A stretch of DNA of 64,000 nt from Octopus sinensis (taxonomy: Eukaryota). A model generated the notes under the pieces. It was not told the DNA's origin. It ran no database searches and saw only the letters and a list, made by a program, of their open reading frames with translations. The position numbers and the translations under genes were made by a program. The stretch is from assembly GCF_006345805.1 (NCBI RefSeq), contig NC_043000.1, positions 101,494,001 through 101,558,000 of the forward strand, in the 5' to 3' direction. This document shows positions 26,036-38,837 of the stretch, piece by piece; positions within the stretch are counted from its first letter, which is position 1; the number at the start of each line of letters is the position of its first letter.

Positions 26036-28838
26036 AATAATATGTATTGAACAGTGAGATTGAATTATCAACATTGCATTTGGTGAATAAATGCACTTTA
26101 TTTGTGGATTGACATTGCTACCAAAGGTTTCATTTGGAAAGAATTTTTACAATTTTCAAACAATCCACTTAATAATGCTGGTAAATGCTTGTAACAGAAT
26201 ATAAACATAAATCATATAACATACATGTTCCAATACTTTGCCTGATCATTCATCATTTTTCAAATGGTTTGATGGCTAATAAAAATTAAATCCATTCCCA
26301 TTGAAGTCTGAAACTTATTACAAACAATTCCAACATAAGAAATTATAAAGACCTTTAGAATATGATAGTTAGTTTATGAAACAGAATACACAATATTCAT
26401 GCTTTAATTCAAAGACTCTATTGTTTTTCACTTTTCATCAAAACTTTGATATTATTTTTTTTCCTTTATATTTGTTTTTTTTTTCATTTTAAAATTTCTC
26501 TTCCTTTCAGAAACTATATGTTGGTAATTCTATTGGAACGAATTAAAATACAGTGAAAAGATAAATAAATAAATAAATAAATGAATATATAAATAAATAA
26601 ATAAAATTAAAAGAGACTGTAGAATTGGCTCATTGAAGATGCCATCGATTATCAGTGGCAATGGACAATAATGGCATTATGTCTGATGCATGGAGAGTTG
26701 AATACGGCAAAATTCCAGTCTCCAATAACAAATCTAAGCATTCAGCACAATACCTCTATTATTCTGAGATAGAGCAGTTGTCAAAAAGTAATGTCAAATT
26801 GAATAAGGGTGGTGGAGAAGTAGTAATGTACAAAGAAAAATAAAATAAAATTGCCAAAAAAAAAAAGAACGATAAAAAAAAACATACAAATGAATTTCTA
26901 TGAAAGAGTGATCTTCCACAGCATTCAATTTTATATCCTAGTTTCAGACAAGTATTATACGTATATATATTTTATTTGATTGTAATTTTCATTTTTTATT
27001 AAATACAAAACACTTTCTCTACTTATTGACATTCATATAACTATTATTATTTGGCCATTAATTTTGGGCAGAAATCTAAATCCATATTCTAAAACAGAAA
27101 CTGAATAATGTTCTTTCTCTCTTTGATTTTATTTAAATTTTTTTCTGTTGATATTTTTTTCTCTCATTTTTGGCTGTTCTTCCATATTAATTCCTCTGAA
27201 ACTAAGTTTGTTTATGACATCTAGCTGTCTAATTGAGTGAACAGTATGTATGAAAATCTCACCTGCTGGTATAGATTTCAGGTCAGACAAGCCAAGCTGG
27301 TTGATATATTAAAAGCATATTAATCCTATGTTAATACCAACCCATTTAATACTGCCACTGCTTCTATGATACACAATCTCTAGTTTTAAAAATATTTGTA
27401 TTTAAATGAAAATCTTTCATTGTAAAATTATGTAAGAACATTTTTTTTTTGTTGTTACATTTCCACTTTAAATTCCAACTTCATAAAGTAAAAAGTCAGC
27501 TCTTCTACTAAATTCCTACAGATTCTTGATTATTTTCAAAATTAACTGAAAAACCCACAGGCAGTATATTTCATTAGAAATACAGCCATGAAAGGGTTAT
27601 CAAGCTCTTTCAGATCCACAACTATGTAAGTGAAGCCAGAAGAAGACTACAAGAAACTCTAATTAGAAAACGAAAATAAAACCTCTCTTGTTTTCCATGG
27701 AAATCACTTCCTTCTAACAATCTATTTTCTTTATTTGATATAGTTTTGTTCTTCATAACAATTAACAGACAAAAGAGGTAATTAACCTTGATGATTATTA
27801 TGAAACTCTTGTTTCACCTGCATAAAGGTCATTTCATTGTTCTAATTCTCTGTACTGTGTGACAGAATTTAAAGATTGCAATGTAGATTGTCATTTAACA
27901 AAAAACCATGTATTAAACTTTTGTAAATGTTATTGCAGACTTTGTATGAAAATGAAAGTATGTGATGGAAAACATTGTGAGAAAGTTGATTGTACAACGT
28001 TGTTATCACCACATCCTTGTACATTTATCAGACAATCTAGTTTGTAAACTCTGCTATATCAGTATCTTTGCATAGAATAGTTTTCTTGCCATTCTGCTTG
28101 GGTTCCATTGTGTATTACATACAATCTACATCTGTGTATTAGTTATTAAAAGCTTGGTGACAATGTACCAGTGTAACCAAGTTAACTAACACTACAGTTA
28201 AACAAAGGAATGAACAATCTTCCATTTGATCACTTGACTGCTAGAAATAAGAAGCTAATCTCCCTCATATTACATTCCACGAAGCACACTGGACAAACGG
28301 TTAGTGATGGCACCAAAGTAAGAAACATTTGGTGTAAGTTCTACAGTGTGTCGCCCCTTCTCCTAATTAGAATTGTTTGATAAATATAATCAAAGGTGAT
28401 AGCCTGTAGTATATATTATATAAGTTCAGTATTGTTTAATAGTTCAATGACTGAACTATTGAAACAACCTGTGTAGGTTGGTTGGTTGGTTGGTTGGTTT
28501 CTGCAATCACACATTACACAGAAAGAGAGGGAGATACCAGTAGAAAAGAGATACAGAGAGAATTTAGACAAGAGGTGCAGGATGAGCAAAGATAATGACA
28601 GGGTTGTTACAAGAGGAGTGATACAAATGAGAAATTTATTTTATTTAATCTCAAGATAATAAATATTTTTATTTTGTTTTTGAAAATTAGTTTCCATTTC
28701 ATCATTTCATTTTGATACAAATAATTCGATAAAAGTTAAATTATGATCATTGTGTGGCAGCCATATCTCCTAATATTAAACATGGGGGTCAAAAGTATAC
28801 TTCCAAAGTTACCCTTCATATGATGAATAACACTCTAG

Positions 28839-29228
28839 TCTCTCTATATATAAAGCTGAAGTTGTCTGTGTATGGCAGGTTTGGTAGCCTTCAACTAACA
28901 CTATCTCCTCCAAGACACTGCGGTGCAAGTTGACCAAAATCGAGAGTATGATAGAAGAAGGCTTGCTCTTCCTTCTGTAGAAAAAAAATTCAAATCGGAC
29001 CATGTTAAGACCAAAAATTATTTACATCAAAAAGGTGCTTTTTTTCTATGAAAATCCCTATTTTTAACGATTTTTTTGACTGCTGTGTCGCCATTTTTCA
29101 GTGTATGTTCAGAAAAATGTTCACTTAAAGAGAATAACAAGCTACATAAATGCAAAATTTTTGCTTTTCAAAAATTCCAATTCTAAAGGGTCAAAACAAA
29201 CCCGAGCAACGCCGGGCGATACTGCTGG
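28839..29228 (+). mobile_element. Non-autonomous Helitron
   Basis: 5' TC..tctatatataaa start. 3' GC-rich hairpin cccgagcaacgccggg (29201-29216), then CTGG (CTRR) followed by T. No TSD. Confidence 0.75.
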
Positions 29229-30531
29229 TATAGTATATTATTGATAATGATTCAATCTTCCATCATTGCTATGGCATTGTTGAAAGAGTGAATCACTCTG
29301 CTCTTTTTATTACTAAGTTTTATATTTTCCATTGGATCGTGAAATTTTGTCCAAATCACAGTTAGGTAGCTTCAACCTTTATTCCCAGCCATAATTAAGT
29401 TTACCTAATGCCAAATGTAGTCATAGCTGTACAATGTTCAGGAAAAAAAATGGTAGGATATTGGTGGAACACTTTTGATCAGAGGTTTGCTCTGTCAGGA
29501 GGAAAAATACAACAGCTTCAACAACATAGTAACCTTTTCTATAATGCAGCTTTAATTCTTAGCACATATTGTAGCTGCATATGACTTTCAGTTAGGAAAT
29601 ACTTATTAGCAGCAGAAGCATTATAAATACCAAAAGGCAATCTTTATATCCAACTCAAGTGGATGTTTTGTTAGAACACTGAATACTGCTGTATTTGCCT
29701 TAAGAGGATCTCTCATATAGATGCATGGTGCATAAAAGCATACATGTTTATATCATTGGTGAATGAAAATTGTCTGCTCTGGGTGCCAGAACTGCCAGAT
29801 CATGTGATTTCGATGTACTGTGTCTCTTCAGTGACAGCTGTCTACTTGCCACATAAGAATCTTGAGTATCAGTTCTATAAGTAAACTTAGAGCTTCTTTA
29901 GAGTATGTAATAGTAACATTCTATAATGATATACTATATAGTTAAAACTCTATTAAACACTAATATAAATGTTTAGCACATTAGTTCTCTGGTTCTAAAT
30001 CTTTGCAACTTTGTGGTACACTGAGAAATTACTACCACAAGTCACATGGAATGTAAAACATTACAAGCAAACTTAACAAGGAGATTTGAAACACTCTTTT
30101 GAAATCTTAAAAATATATTGAATCCTAATACTTACATAGTTACATACTAACATTCATACACGCACACACACATACACATGCATACACTGTATGGTTAAGA
30201 AGTTTGCTTCTCAAGCATGTGGTTCCACTGCATAATACTTTGGACAAATGTCTTCTGCTGCAGGCTTTGGAATGACCAAAAGGCTATGAATGGATTTGGT
30301 AGACAAAAACTGAAATACTGTTGTGTGTGTGTGTGGCTGTGTTTCTTCAGCTTGATATGATTGTGGTAAATGAATGTCACTGATAAAAGTGGTGTCATTC
30401 ATTTCCAGCCAGTCATGAAAATATGTCCAGTTATGGGGAAATATTATCTTGCTAAGAAACAAGTGAGGGCTGGCAAAAGGAAAAGAGGGTTGGCAACAGG
30501 AAAAGGGGGTTGGCAACATTGAAAATCTGCC

Positions 30532-31130
30532 TTAACACTTTAACATTTAAACTAGCCATATATGGCCAAAATATTGTATTTGTATTATGCTCAAACAGGC
30601 CAGCTCCTACTGCTCACACCTACCGTAAAATGTCGTTCTAAAGATATTCAATCATATCATGGAAATCTCAAAGCTACAAGATAATGCATGATTAATTCAA
30701 ACCAATGTGAATTAATAGGAGGCATAGGAGTGGCTGTGTGGTAAGTAGCTTGCTTACAAACCACATGATTCCGGGTTCAGTCCCACTGCGTGGTACATTG
30801 GGCAAAGCCTTGTGAGTAGATCTGGTAGACGGAAACTGGAAGAAGCCTGTCGTATATATGTATATATATATATGTGTGTGTGTATATGATTTTGTGGCTG
30901 TGTTTGTCCCCCCCGCAACATCACTTCACAATCAATGCTGGTGTGTTTATGTACCCGTAACTTAATGGTTCGACAAAAGAGACTGATAGAATAAGTACAA
31001 GGCTTACAAAGAATAAGTCCTGGGATTGACTTGCTCGACTAAAGGCTGTGCTCCAGCATGGCCACAGTCAAATGACTGAAACAGCTAAAAGAGTAAAGAG
31101 AGTTAGAGTAATCTGAATGCTAAAGGGTTA
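30532..31130. mobile_element. TTAA-type MITE interrupted by a full-length SINE family B (30721-31100)
   Basis: ttaacactttaacattt ... aatgctaaagggttaa ends bracket the SINE. Confidence 0.75.
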
Positions 31131-31896
31131 ATAAATCAACTTCATCTGAGTATGAAATGTAGATATTAAAACGGTGGTAATGAAGATGATATCATGGACT
31201 TCATACAGATTTTGTCTATCAAATTCATTTGCATGACACTGGTCAGTCTTGGGGATAGAGTAGAAAAAATTGCCCAATGTGCTATGCAATGGGACTGAAC
31301 TCACAGACAAACTTTTTAGCCAAAGAGCTATGCTTTAAATTTCTGGTCTGAAGTGAGTGATTGTGGTAATGATTTCAATATTTTTGGACTTGTCACGCCA
31401 TCTTTTGTGGTTTTAAATTTTATACCTTGTTTCAATTCATATCATCAAAATATACCATAAAACATAAAGAAATAACTGATGTGATTAATAGTCTGGAAAA
31501 TTTTAATTTCTATTGCTCTTGTACAATTCAACAGACTTAATATTATTATCTATGGCATAGCTTTGAACTGATCACCATAAAGTAACAAACTGGTTATAAA
31601 TTAAAATGTTCAATTAGTAAATTACAAACAAATCAATGTTCCATTAATGTCTAATGTTTATGGGGAGAAAATGAAATTAATAGAATTCAATACCTTTGGA
31701 ACACAGTGCTGTGCTAATATGAAGAGTTACCTCCCCTCCTTTGGTGATTGGAATTAATTATCTAGTTAATTGAGTTTCTTTTTCTCTCCTCACTATGGAT
31801 GTAATTGGAATTCATTAAATTTTTTTAGTTTATCATATTGTATTTAGGCCCACCACTTCCTAGTAATTGTTTCAGGTTGCCATATTACTTAGTGTC

Positions 31897-32620
31897 CAGG
31901 TACCTGGCTCAGTGGTTAGAGCATTGGACTCACAATCACGAGGTAGCGAGTTCAATTCCCAGACCAGGTTGTGTGTTGTGTTCTTGAGCAAGACCCTTTA
32001 TTTCATGTTGCTCCAGTTCACTCAGCCATAAAATTGAGCTGTGACATCACTGGTGCAAAGCTGTATCAGCCTTTGCCTTTCCCTTGGATAACATCAATGG
32101 TGTGGAGAGGGGAGGCTGGTATGCATGGGTGACTGCTGGTCTTTCATAAACTCTTGCCTGGACTTGTGCATTGGAGTGGAATTTTCTTGGGAAAATCTCA
32201 TGATTGAAGGGGGCCCTTTACCCTTAAAAAGCACCTTTTGAGCATTGGGCCCCACAGAGGCAAGGTGGCCAATGCTGGTGGCATATAAAAAGCATCTTTC
32301 AAGTGTTGGGCCTCACAGAGGCAATGACAAATGTGACCAAGACCTTTGGCATTATGCTGTGCTTGAGAGGAAGGTCCATCAAACCAAGTAAAATCACAGT
32401 CATGGCAGATACTGGTGTAATGTGAATGGCACCCATGCTGGTGGCATGTAAAAGCACCCATTACACTCTTGGAGTGGTTGGCATTAGGAAGAGCATCCAG
32501 CTGTAGTAAACCATGCCAAATCAGACTGGAATTTGATACAGCCTTCCAGCTTGCCAGCTCCGGTTAAACCATCCAGCCCATGGACAACAGACGTTAAATG
32601 ATGATGATGATGAGTATGAT
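31897..32620 (+). mobile_element. SINE family C followed directly by an RTE 3' UTR/tail
   Basis: A/B boxes at about 31905-31960. RTE tail ggaagagcatccagctgtag..gacgttaaatgatgatg. Confidence 0.8.
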
Positions 32621-32794
32621 GATATATATCTCATTTCCATCTTAATTGTGGCAGTACTTATAAGACTGAGGAGGTCTTTGAAGATACAAACTTGTCCTCC
32701 GTTGTCATCATACAGCTAACAATTTGCTTTTCCCTGTATTCTGTTGTTAAATAATCTTAATTATTTCAGCTGTAGAGTTGTTTCTTCTGGACAG

Positions 32795-33165
32795 GCAAAG
32801 GCATGGCTGTGTGGTAAGAAGTTTGCTACCCAACCACATAGTTTTGGGTTCAGAACCACTGTGTAGTACCTTGGGCAAGTGTTTTGTACTATAGCTCTGG
32901 GCTTAATAAAGCATTGTGAATGGATTTGGGAGATGGAAACTGAAAGAAGCCCTGTGTGTGCATGTGTGTTTGTCCCTCACTACTGCTTGACAGTCAGTGT
33001 TGGTGTGTTTACATCCCCGTAACTTAGTAGTTCAGCAAAAGAAACTGATAGAATAAGTACCAGGCTTTAAGAAGAGAAAATAAGTACTGGTATATATTCA
33101 TTTGACTAAAGGCAGTGCTCCAGCATGGTCATAGTCTAATGACTTAAACAACTAAAAGATAAAAG
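32795..33165 (+). mobile_element. SINE family B
   Basis: Matches the other copies. Confidence 0.85.
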
Positions 33166-33987
33166 TTGTGTGTATGCACGCACAAGTGTGTGTGTGTGTG
33201 TGCGCGCGCACATGTGTGTGTGTTAGTATTTGTGTCTGTTCTCCTGCTACTTGATAAAAAAATTTCCTTACTATCTGTTTTTCTCTTTTTCGTTTTTCTC
33301 ATGCAACCAAACAGGTACCGCTGAGTATTTTTCTACTTCCCTACTTCCCTCCCACTCATTCGGCTTTGCTGATTTTTTGTCAATTTTTGTAATTGGCCAA
33401 AGTAGCAATTTTGTCACATAACCACCATTTTACCATTTTCCATTCCGATACACTTGTGCAATACAGATACTATATGATATGCTATCATTCAATGCATAAT
33501 TCAAGATAATATGTAATAATGTGTAAGCATACTTTTTCTGTAGTGTACTCAGTAATATATTACATAGTCTAATTTTATAAATCATACAGTCATATGCAAC
33601 ATTACGCATACAATATAACACTCTTCATCTTAGTTGATAGAGCATATGTGCATGTGTATAATAGCACATCGACATACCTGGTAATATATTACTAGATAAT
33701 AGGCTGTAATATTTTATATCACACATTTGCCCATTATAGCATCAACTAAATGTATATTATATTATACAATATACCTGCCAAATTTAAAATATCCATGCAT
33801 TACCGCTCTGCTTGCTAAGCCATTATAGCATATAAAACATACAAACAATATTGTAATGTCATCTGTGTCATACAATACCTTACTATATAACATAACCATG
33901 CACGAGCCATTGAAGGGACCAGTATGTGGTTGTCTGGATTGCTAGAAAGAGCAACTAAATCTCTCTTAAATTACTCCTTATATATTG

Positions 33988-34336
33988 TCTGTGTGGTAAG
34001 AAGCTTGCTTCCCAACCACATGGTTCCAGGTTTAGTCTCACTGCATGGCACTTTGGGCAAGTGTCTTCTTCTATAGCCTCAGGCTGACCAAAGCCTTGTG
34101 AGTGGTTTTGGTAGACAGAAATTTAAAATAGCCTATTTATGTTAGCATGTCCCCCCACCATTGCTTGATAAATGATATTGGTGTGCTTATGTTCCCGTAG
34201 CTTAGCAGTTTGGCAAAGGTGACCAATAGAATAAGTACTAGGCTTACAAAGAATCAGTCCTGGGGCCTGTTTCTTCAACTAAAGGCAGTGCTCCAGCATA
34301 GTCACAGTCAAATGCCTGAAACAAGTAAAAGAATAA
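33988..34336 (+). mobile_element. SINE family B (no internal microsatellite)
   Basis: Matches the other copies. Followed by a minus-strand RTE tail at about 34345-34625. Confidence 0.85.
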
Positions 34337-35058
34337 AAAAATATCATCATGATTATCATCATCTGAAACCCGTTTTCCATGCTGGTGTAGCAGAGTTACA
34401 TATTACATAGTTACACAGGCATGGGTCAGGCAGTTTGACAGAAGCCTGCCAAGTGGAGAGCTGTCTAAGCTCCAACTGTGTGTTTTGACATGGTTTCTAT
34501 GGTAGGATGCCCTTCTGAACATCAACCGCTTTACATAGTGTGGTGGGTGGTTTCTATGTGTTCCTGGCACTGATGCTTCTACATGGCACCAGCAAAAGCA
34601 CATTTCATGTGGCACCAGCACCTGCAAGGCATAGAATTTGATTGAATTGTCATCACTGCATCTGTAACTTAGCCTTCTTTTTTCAAGGTAGGGGTGGTTG
34701 CCCTATTACAAACTCACTTTTACCTCTAGGAAGAAGTGATTCACATTAATCTGGCCTCTATCCTTTGACTTGTCCAGCATGAGAAGTGTACCTGGTGCTT
34801 GCACTCAACTTGTATAGCTCTCAGGGTCATTGAGTCACTCAAGAATCCACCACTCTGCACCGAGGACTGGACTTTGTGGGGCACATTTTGGGCCTTAATG
34901 AACTTTAAATATTGCATCACTGTATTATGAACCATTTTCTTGTCCCACTACTGTACTCCCACACCCTCTTTCAACCCTTACTGTCTTTTATTCCTTCACA
35001 CCCATATCTCACTCATCTCAGTATTATATTCTGAATTTAGCAGTGTACAAGCCATCCA

Positions 35059-35110
<52 letters not shown>

Positions 35111-35533
35111 TTTTATTTGTTTTGTCTATCAAAGAATATATTTTGTAGTCAATTATATGATAATTTTCAAAGAGAAAATTCACATAAGAACAGAATTGAT
35201 AACATCTCATCTAGAAATACTAAAGTTATTACATGACAACAACTGGCAGGGCATAACATGCAGGGTGCCATCAGAGAACATATCTGAAGAATCGATTCCC
35301 AAAATGTGGTGTAGTTTTGCTTCATGAACAAAACTATTCTTTTCTCTGAAAATAGTAATTGTTTTTAAACAATAGATGTTTTTTTGTTTTAGTTTCTAAT
35401 AATGGATTTGGGGATTAAAAACAAATGAGATAGCAGAAATAAATCAGTCATTTTTAATAGGGTATATCAGGAAAGAAAGCATGAAAGAAGTTGTGAATAA
35501 ATCATTTAGCTAAAGACAAAATTATGTAATGGA

Positions 35534-35591
<58 letters not shown>

Positions 35592-36280
35592 GTGATGGTG
35601 ATGGTTTCAGAGTTGCAAGCAAATGGCTTGATCTGAATACACTGTAGGAACAACATCATGGGCAAGCCACTTAATAAAACACAGAACGCTGTTAAATTCA
35701 CATCTACCAAATTCACTCACAGAGGCTTTGATCAGCCTGAGGATATAGTGGAAAATACTCTGTTAAGTATAGAGTTGAATTTCGTGTAGCCACCTGTTGG
35801 CAACTTTTCTCCCCAACCCATTTTGTAGTAGGTATTACCCATTTTTCTAGGCTCTTTTCACAGCTATACCCCATTTGAAATTTGCATTAGGTTTTGTATG
35901 AGAAAAATGAAAGGTAGGGTGGGGGCTTCTTTGTAGCTTGTAGAGAAAATGTTAAACATGCCTGAAAAAGAAACCTGGTCTTTCCCCCACTCAACTAAAA
36001 GACATGAAGAACTGCCTAAGAAGGCAAATAAGTACTGGGGGTGGGGAAAAGAAGAGAGAACCAACACTCAATTCTTCTAGAACTCCCAGAATGAAAATCT
36101 AGACTCCTGAAAGACTTTCCCTCTATTCATTACTAAATCTCTTTCCCTCTTCTTCATTGTTAAAAGTAAAGAAGCTAGAAAAGATCAATCGTATTTCAGT
36201 CTAATTGACATTTTAAATAACTGAGGCTTTCCTTTCCCTGTCTCTATCACTTCACTCCTTTTCTCTACAGTTAAGAAAAT

Positions 36281-36580
36281 GAAGGTGTGTGACCCAGTGG
36301 TTAGGGGAATTTGGCCCACAATCATAAGGTCATGAGTACAATCCTGGTGGTGCGCAACTTAACCTTGCTGCAGTCCACTCAGCTGGCAAAAATGTGTCGT
36401 AGCTGTAATTCAAAGGGGCCAGCCTTGTCACATTCTGTGTGAGGCTGAATCTCCCTGAGAACTACGTTAATGGTATCCATGTCTGTGGAGTATTTAGTCA
36501 CTTGTGCATTAATTTAACGAGCAGCATCTTCTGTTGATCAGATTAACAGGAGCCTCATTGTTGTAACCGATGGAGTGCCT
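36281..36580 (+). mobile_element. tRNA-derived SINE, fourth family
   Basis: Decayed A/B boxes. Body aaagggccagccttgtcacattctgtgtga.gctgaatctccctgagaactacgttaa is repeated at about 36975-37080 and partly (minus) at about 7860-7960. Confidence 0.7.
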
Positions 36581-37935
36581 TTTTAAAGGGAGTGAAAGTA
36601 AAGGAAATGTTCCATGTGTTTAGTATAAGCAGTGAAAGCTAAGATGAAATAATTGTTATTCCATCATACCCTTGACTCATACTCAGTTTGATAACAATCT
36701 GCACATTGATGTTTATCTGGGGGTCTCACAGATCTCACATTTGTGGGCCTCATAGATCTCCAGATCTGTGAAGCCCACATTCTTCTGGCATTCAGATCTG
36801 TGAGACCCACAAATGCCACAGTTAGGACTGGATTAACACCCATAGTAACCCTAACGGCTAAAAAGATTTTCCTGGTCCTATATAGGTTCTTTGTTCATTT
36901 TCTTCCTACCACTTGAAGGTTTATCTTGCTTCAGGCCACTCAACTAGCCAAAATGGGTTGTAAACGTAATTCTAATTCAAAGGGGCCAGCCTTGTCACAT
37001 TCTGTGTGAAGCTGAATCTCCCTGAGAACTACGTTAATGGTATGCATATCTGTGGAGTACTCAGCCACTTGCACGTTAATTTTATTCTCAAGTGGTAGTG
37101 AAAAGTGAAAGTGACATCCAATATTTGCTGTAGTTATTTGTCTTTGATTGAGCAATATGTCTTTGATTGAGCAATATGTCTATGTATCTATGTATTCACT
37201 TTTCTTTTGATCAATGTATCTACTTTTCTTTCAATGTATGTATCAGTCTTCTCTGAAAATACTGATAAACATTTAAAAACAAAAAAAATGAACGCCACTT
37301 TCCTTTCAGTCACCAATCAATGCCTCTCTCACTCTCTCTCTCTTTCTCTTTTACTTCATCTCTGTCCCTCCCCTCTCCCACTTTGCCACTCACTTCAATT
37401 ATACCTCCTCTGCTTAACACCTTTTATTTCTCTTTTTCTTTGTACCTCTCCCTTCAACCTTTTTACCTCTTCCTTTGAAGTAAGTGTCAGACACATGTAC
37501 ATAAAAAAAAACAAAAGTTAGCATATTAATATTATTGATGATGGTGATAATATTGGTTTCAAATTTTGGCACAAGGCCAGCAGTTTTGAGGGAAGGAGTA
37601 AGTCGATTACATTGACCTCCAGTGTTCAACTGGTACTTATTTTATTGACCATAAGGATGAAAGGCAAAGTTGAATTCAGCAGAATTTGAAATCAGAATGT
37701 AAAAATGGATGAAATGCCATTAAGCATTTCACTCAATATGTTAACGATTCTGCTAGCTTGCTGTCTCAATAATGATAATACAAAAACATAGCACTACTAG
37801 GCACCGCACACATCCTACATAAAACATTTTCAATACAGTAGAAATAAGAGCATTACAACAAACCACAGCACACACCCAAGGCACACAGAGTTGCACTCAG
37901 TAGTGTAGTGAAAGCACATGATAAAAATGAGACTA

Positions 37936-37938
<3 letters not shown>

Positions 37939-38006
<68 letters not shown>

Positions 38007-38365
38007 CAACAACAAGAGCATTCAGTGAGCACAAACCTCCACCAAGGCAACACCAACATCCTCTCAATGATTAGCCAGAGATAGTTTTTTAGAATGGGAA
38101 TATCTGAAATAAACTCAACTGCTCTTATAAATGGGAATACTAAAAATGAACCTGACCACACTCAGAAATTAAGTAAAAAAACGGAAAAAATAATCCAGAA
38201 TCCTTGTCTGGTACTGGATCAATCTTAAAATCTAATCAGTTCATGCCAATCATGAGGCCAAACATCCCTGAACGTTTCATCCGAATCCATCCAGCGGTTC
38301 TTGATATATTTTGTCCTTGGGCAAACAAACACAATTGAAAATAGCTCCGCCTTTGCTAAGGTGGA

Positions 38366-38430
<65 letters not shown>

Positions 38431-38789
38431 CAACAACAAGAGCATTCAGTGAGCACAAACCTCCACCAAGGCAACACCAACATCCTCTCAATGATTAGCC
38501 AGAGATAGTTTTTTAGAATGGGAATATCTGAAATAAACTCAACTGCTCTTATAAATGGGAATACTAAAAATGAACCTGACCACACTCAGAAATTAAGTAA
38601 AAAAACGGAAAAAATAATCCAGAATCCTTGTCTGGTACTGGATCAATCTTAAAATCTAATCAGTTCATGCCAATCATGAGGCCAAACATCCCTGAACGTT
38701 TCATCCGAATCCATCCAGCGGTTCTTGATATATTTTGTCCTTGGGCAAACAAACACAATTGAAAATAGCTCCGCCTTTGCTAAGGTGGA

Positions 38790-38836
<47 letters not shown>
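37939..38836 (-). mobile_element. Two tandem, apparently identical 424-bp units of a Helentron/DINE-1-like (HINE) element separated by (TAA)n
   Basis: Period 424 (also seen in duplicated ORFs 37853/38277 and 38225/38649). Sub-terminal inverted repeat acctccacc / ggtggaggt, terminal hairpin ctccgcctttgctaaggtggag, second stem-loop-like gagcattcagtgagc. Confidence 0.7.

Positions 38837-38837
<1 letters not shown>

Noticed and set aside
33629-33749. Pre-miRNA-like imperfect hairpin
   Set aside because: Pairing is loose and AT-rich within low-complexity sequence, so it is plausible by chance.
37939-38836. CRISPR-like repeat/spacer array (also 52064-52440 and the RTE UTR repeats)
   Set aside because: Eukaryotic context, the 'spacers' are identical or homologous, and there are no cas genes.
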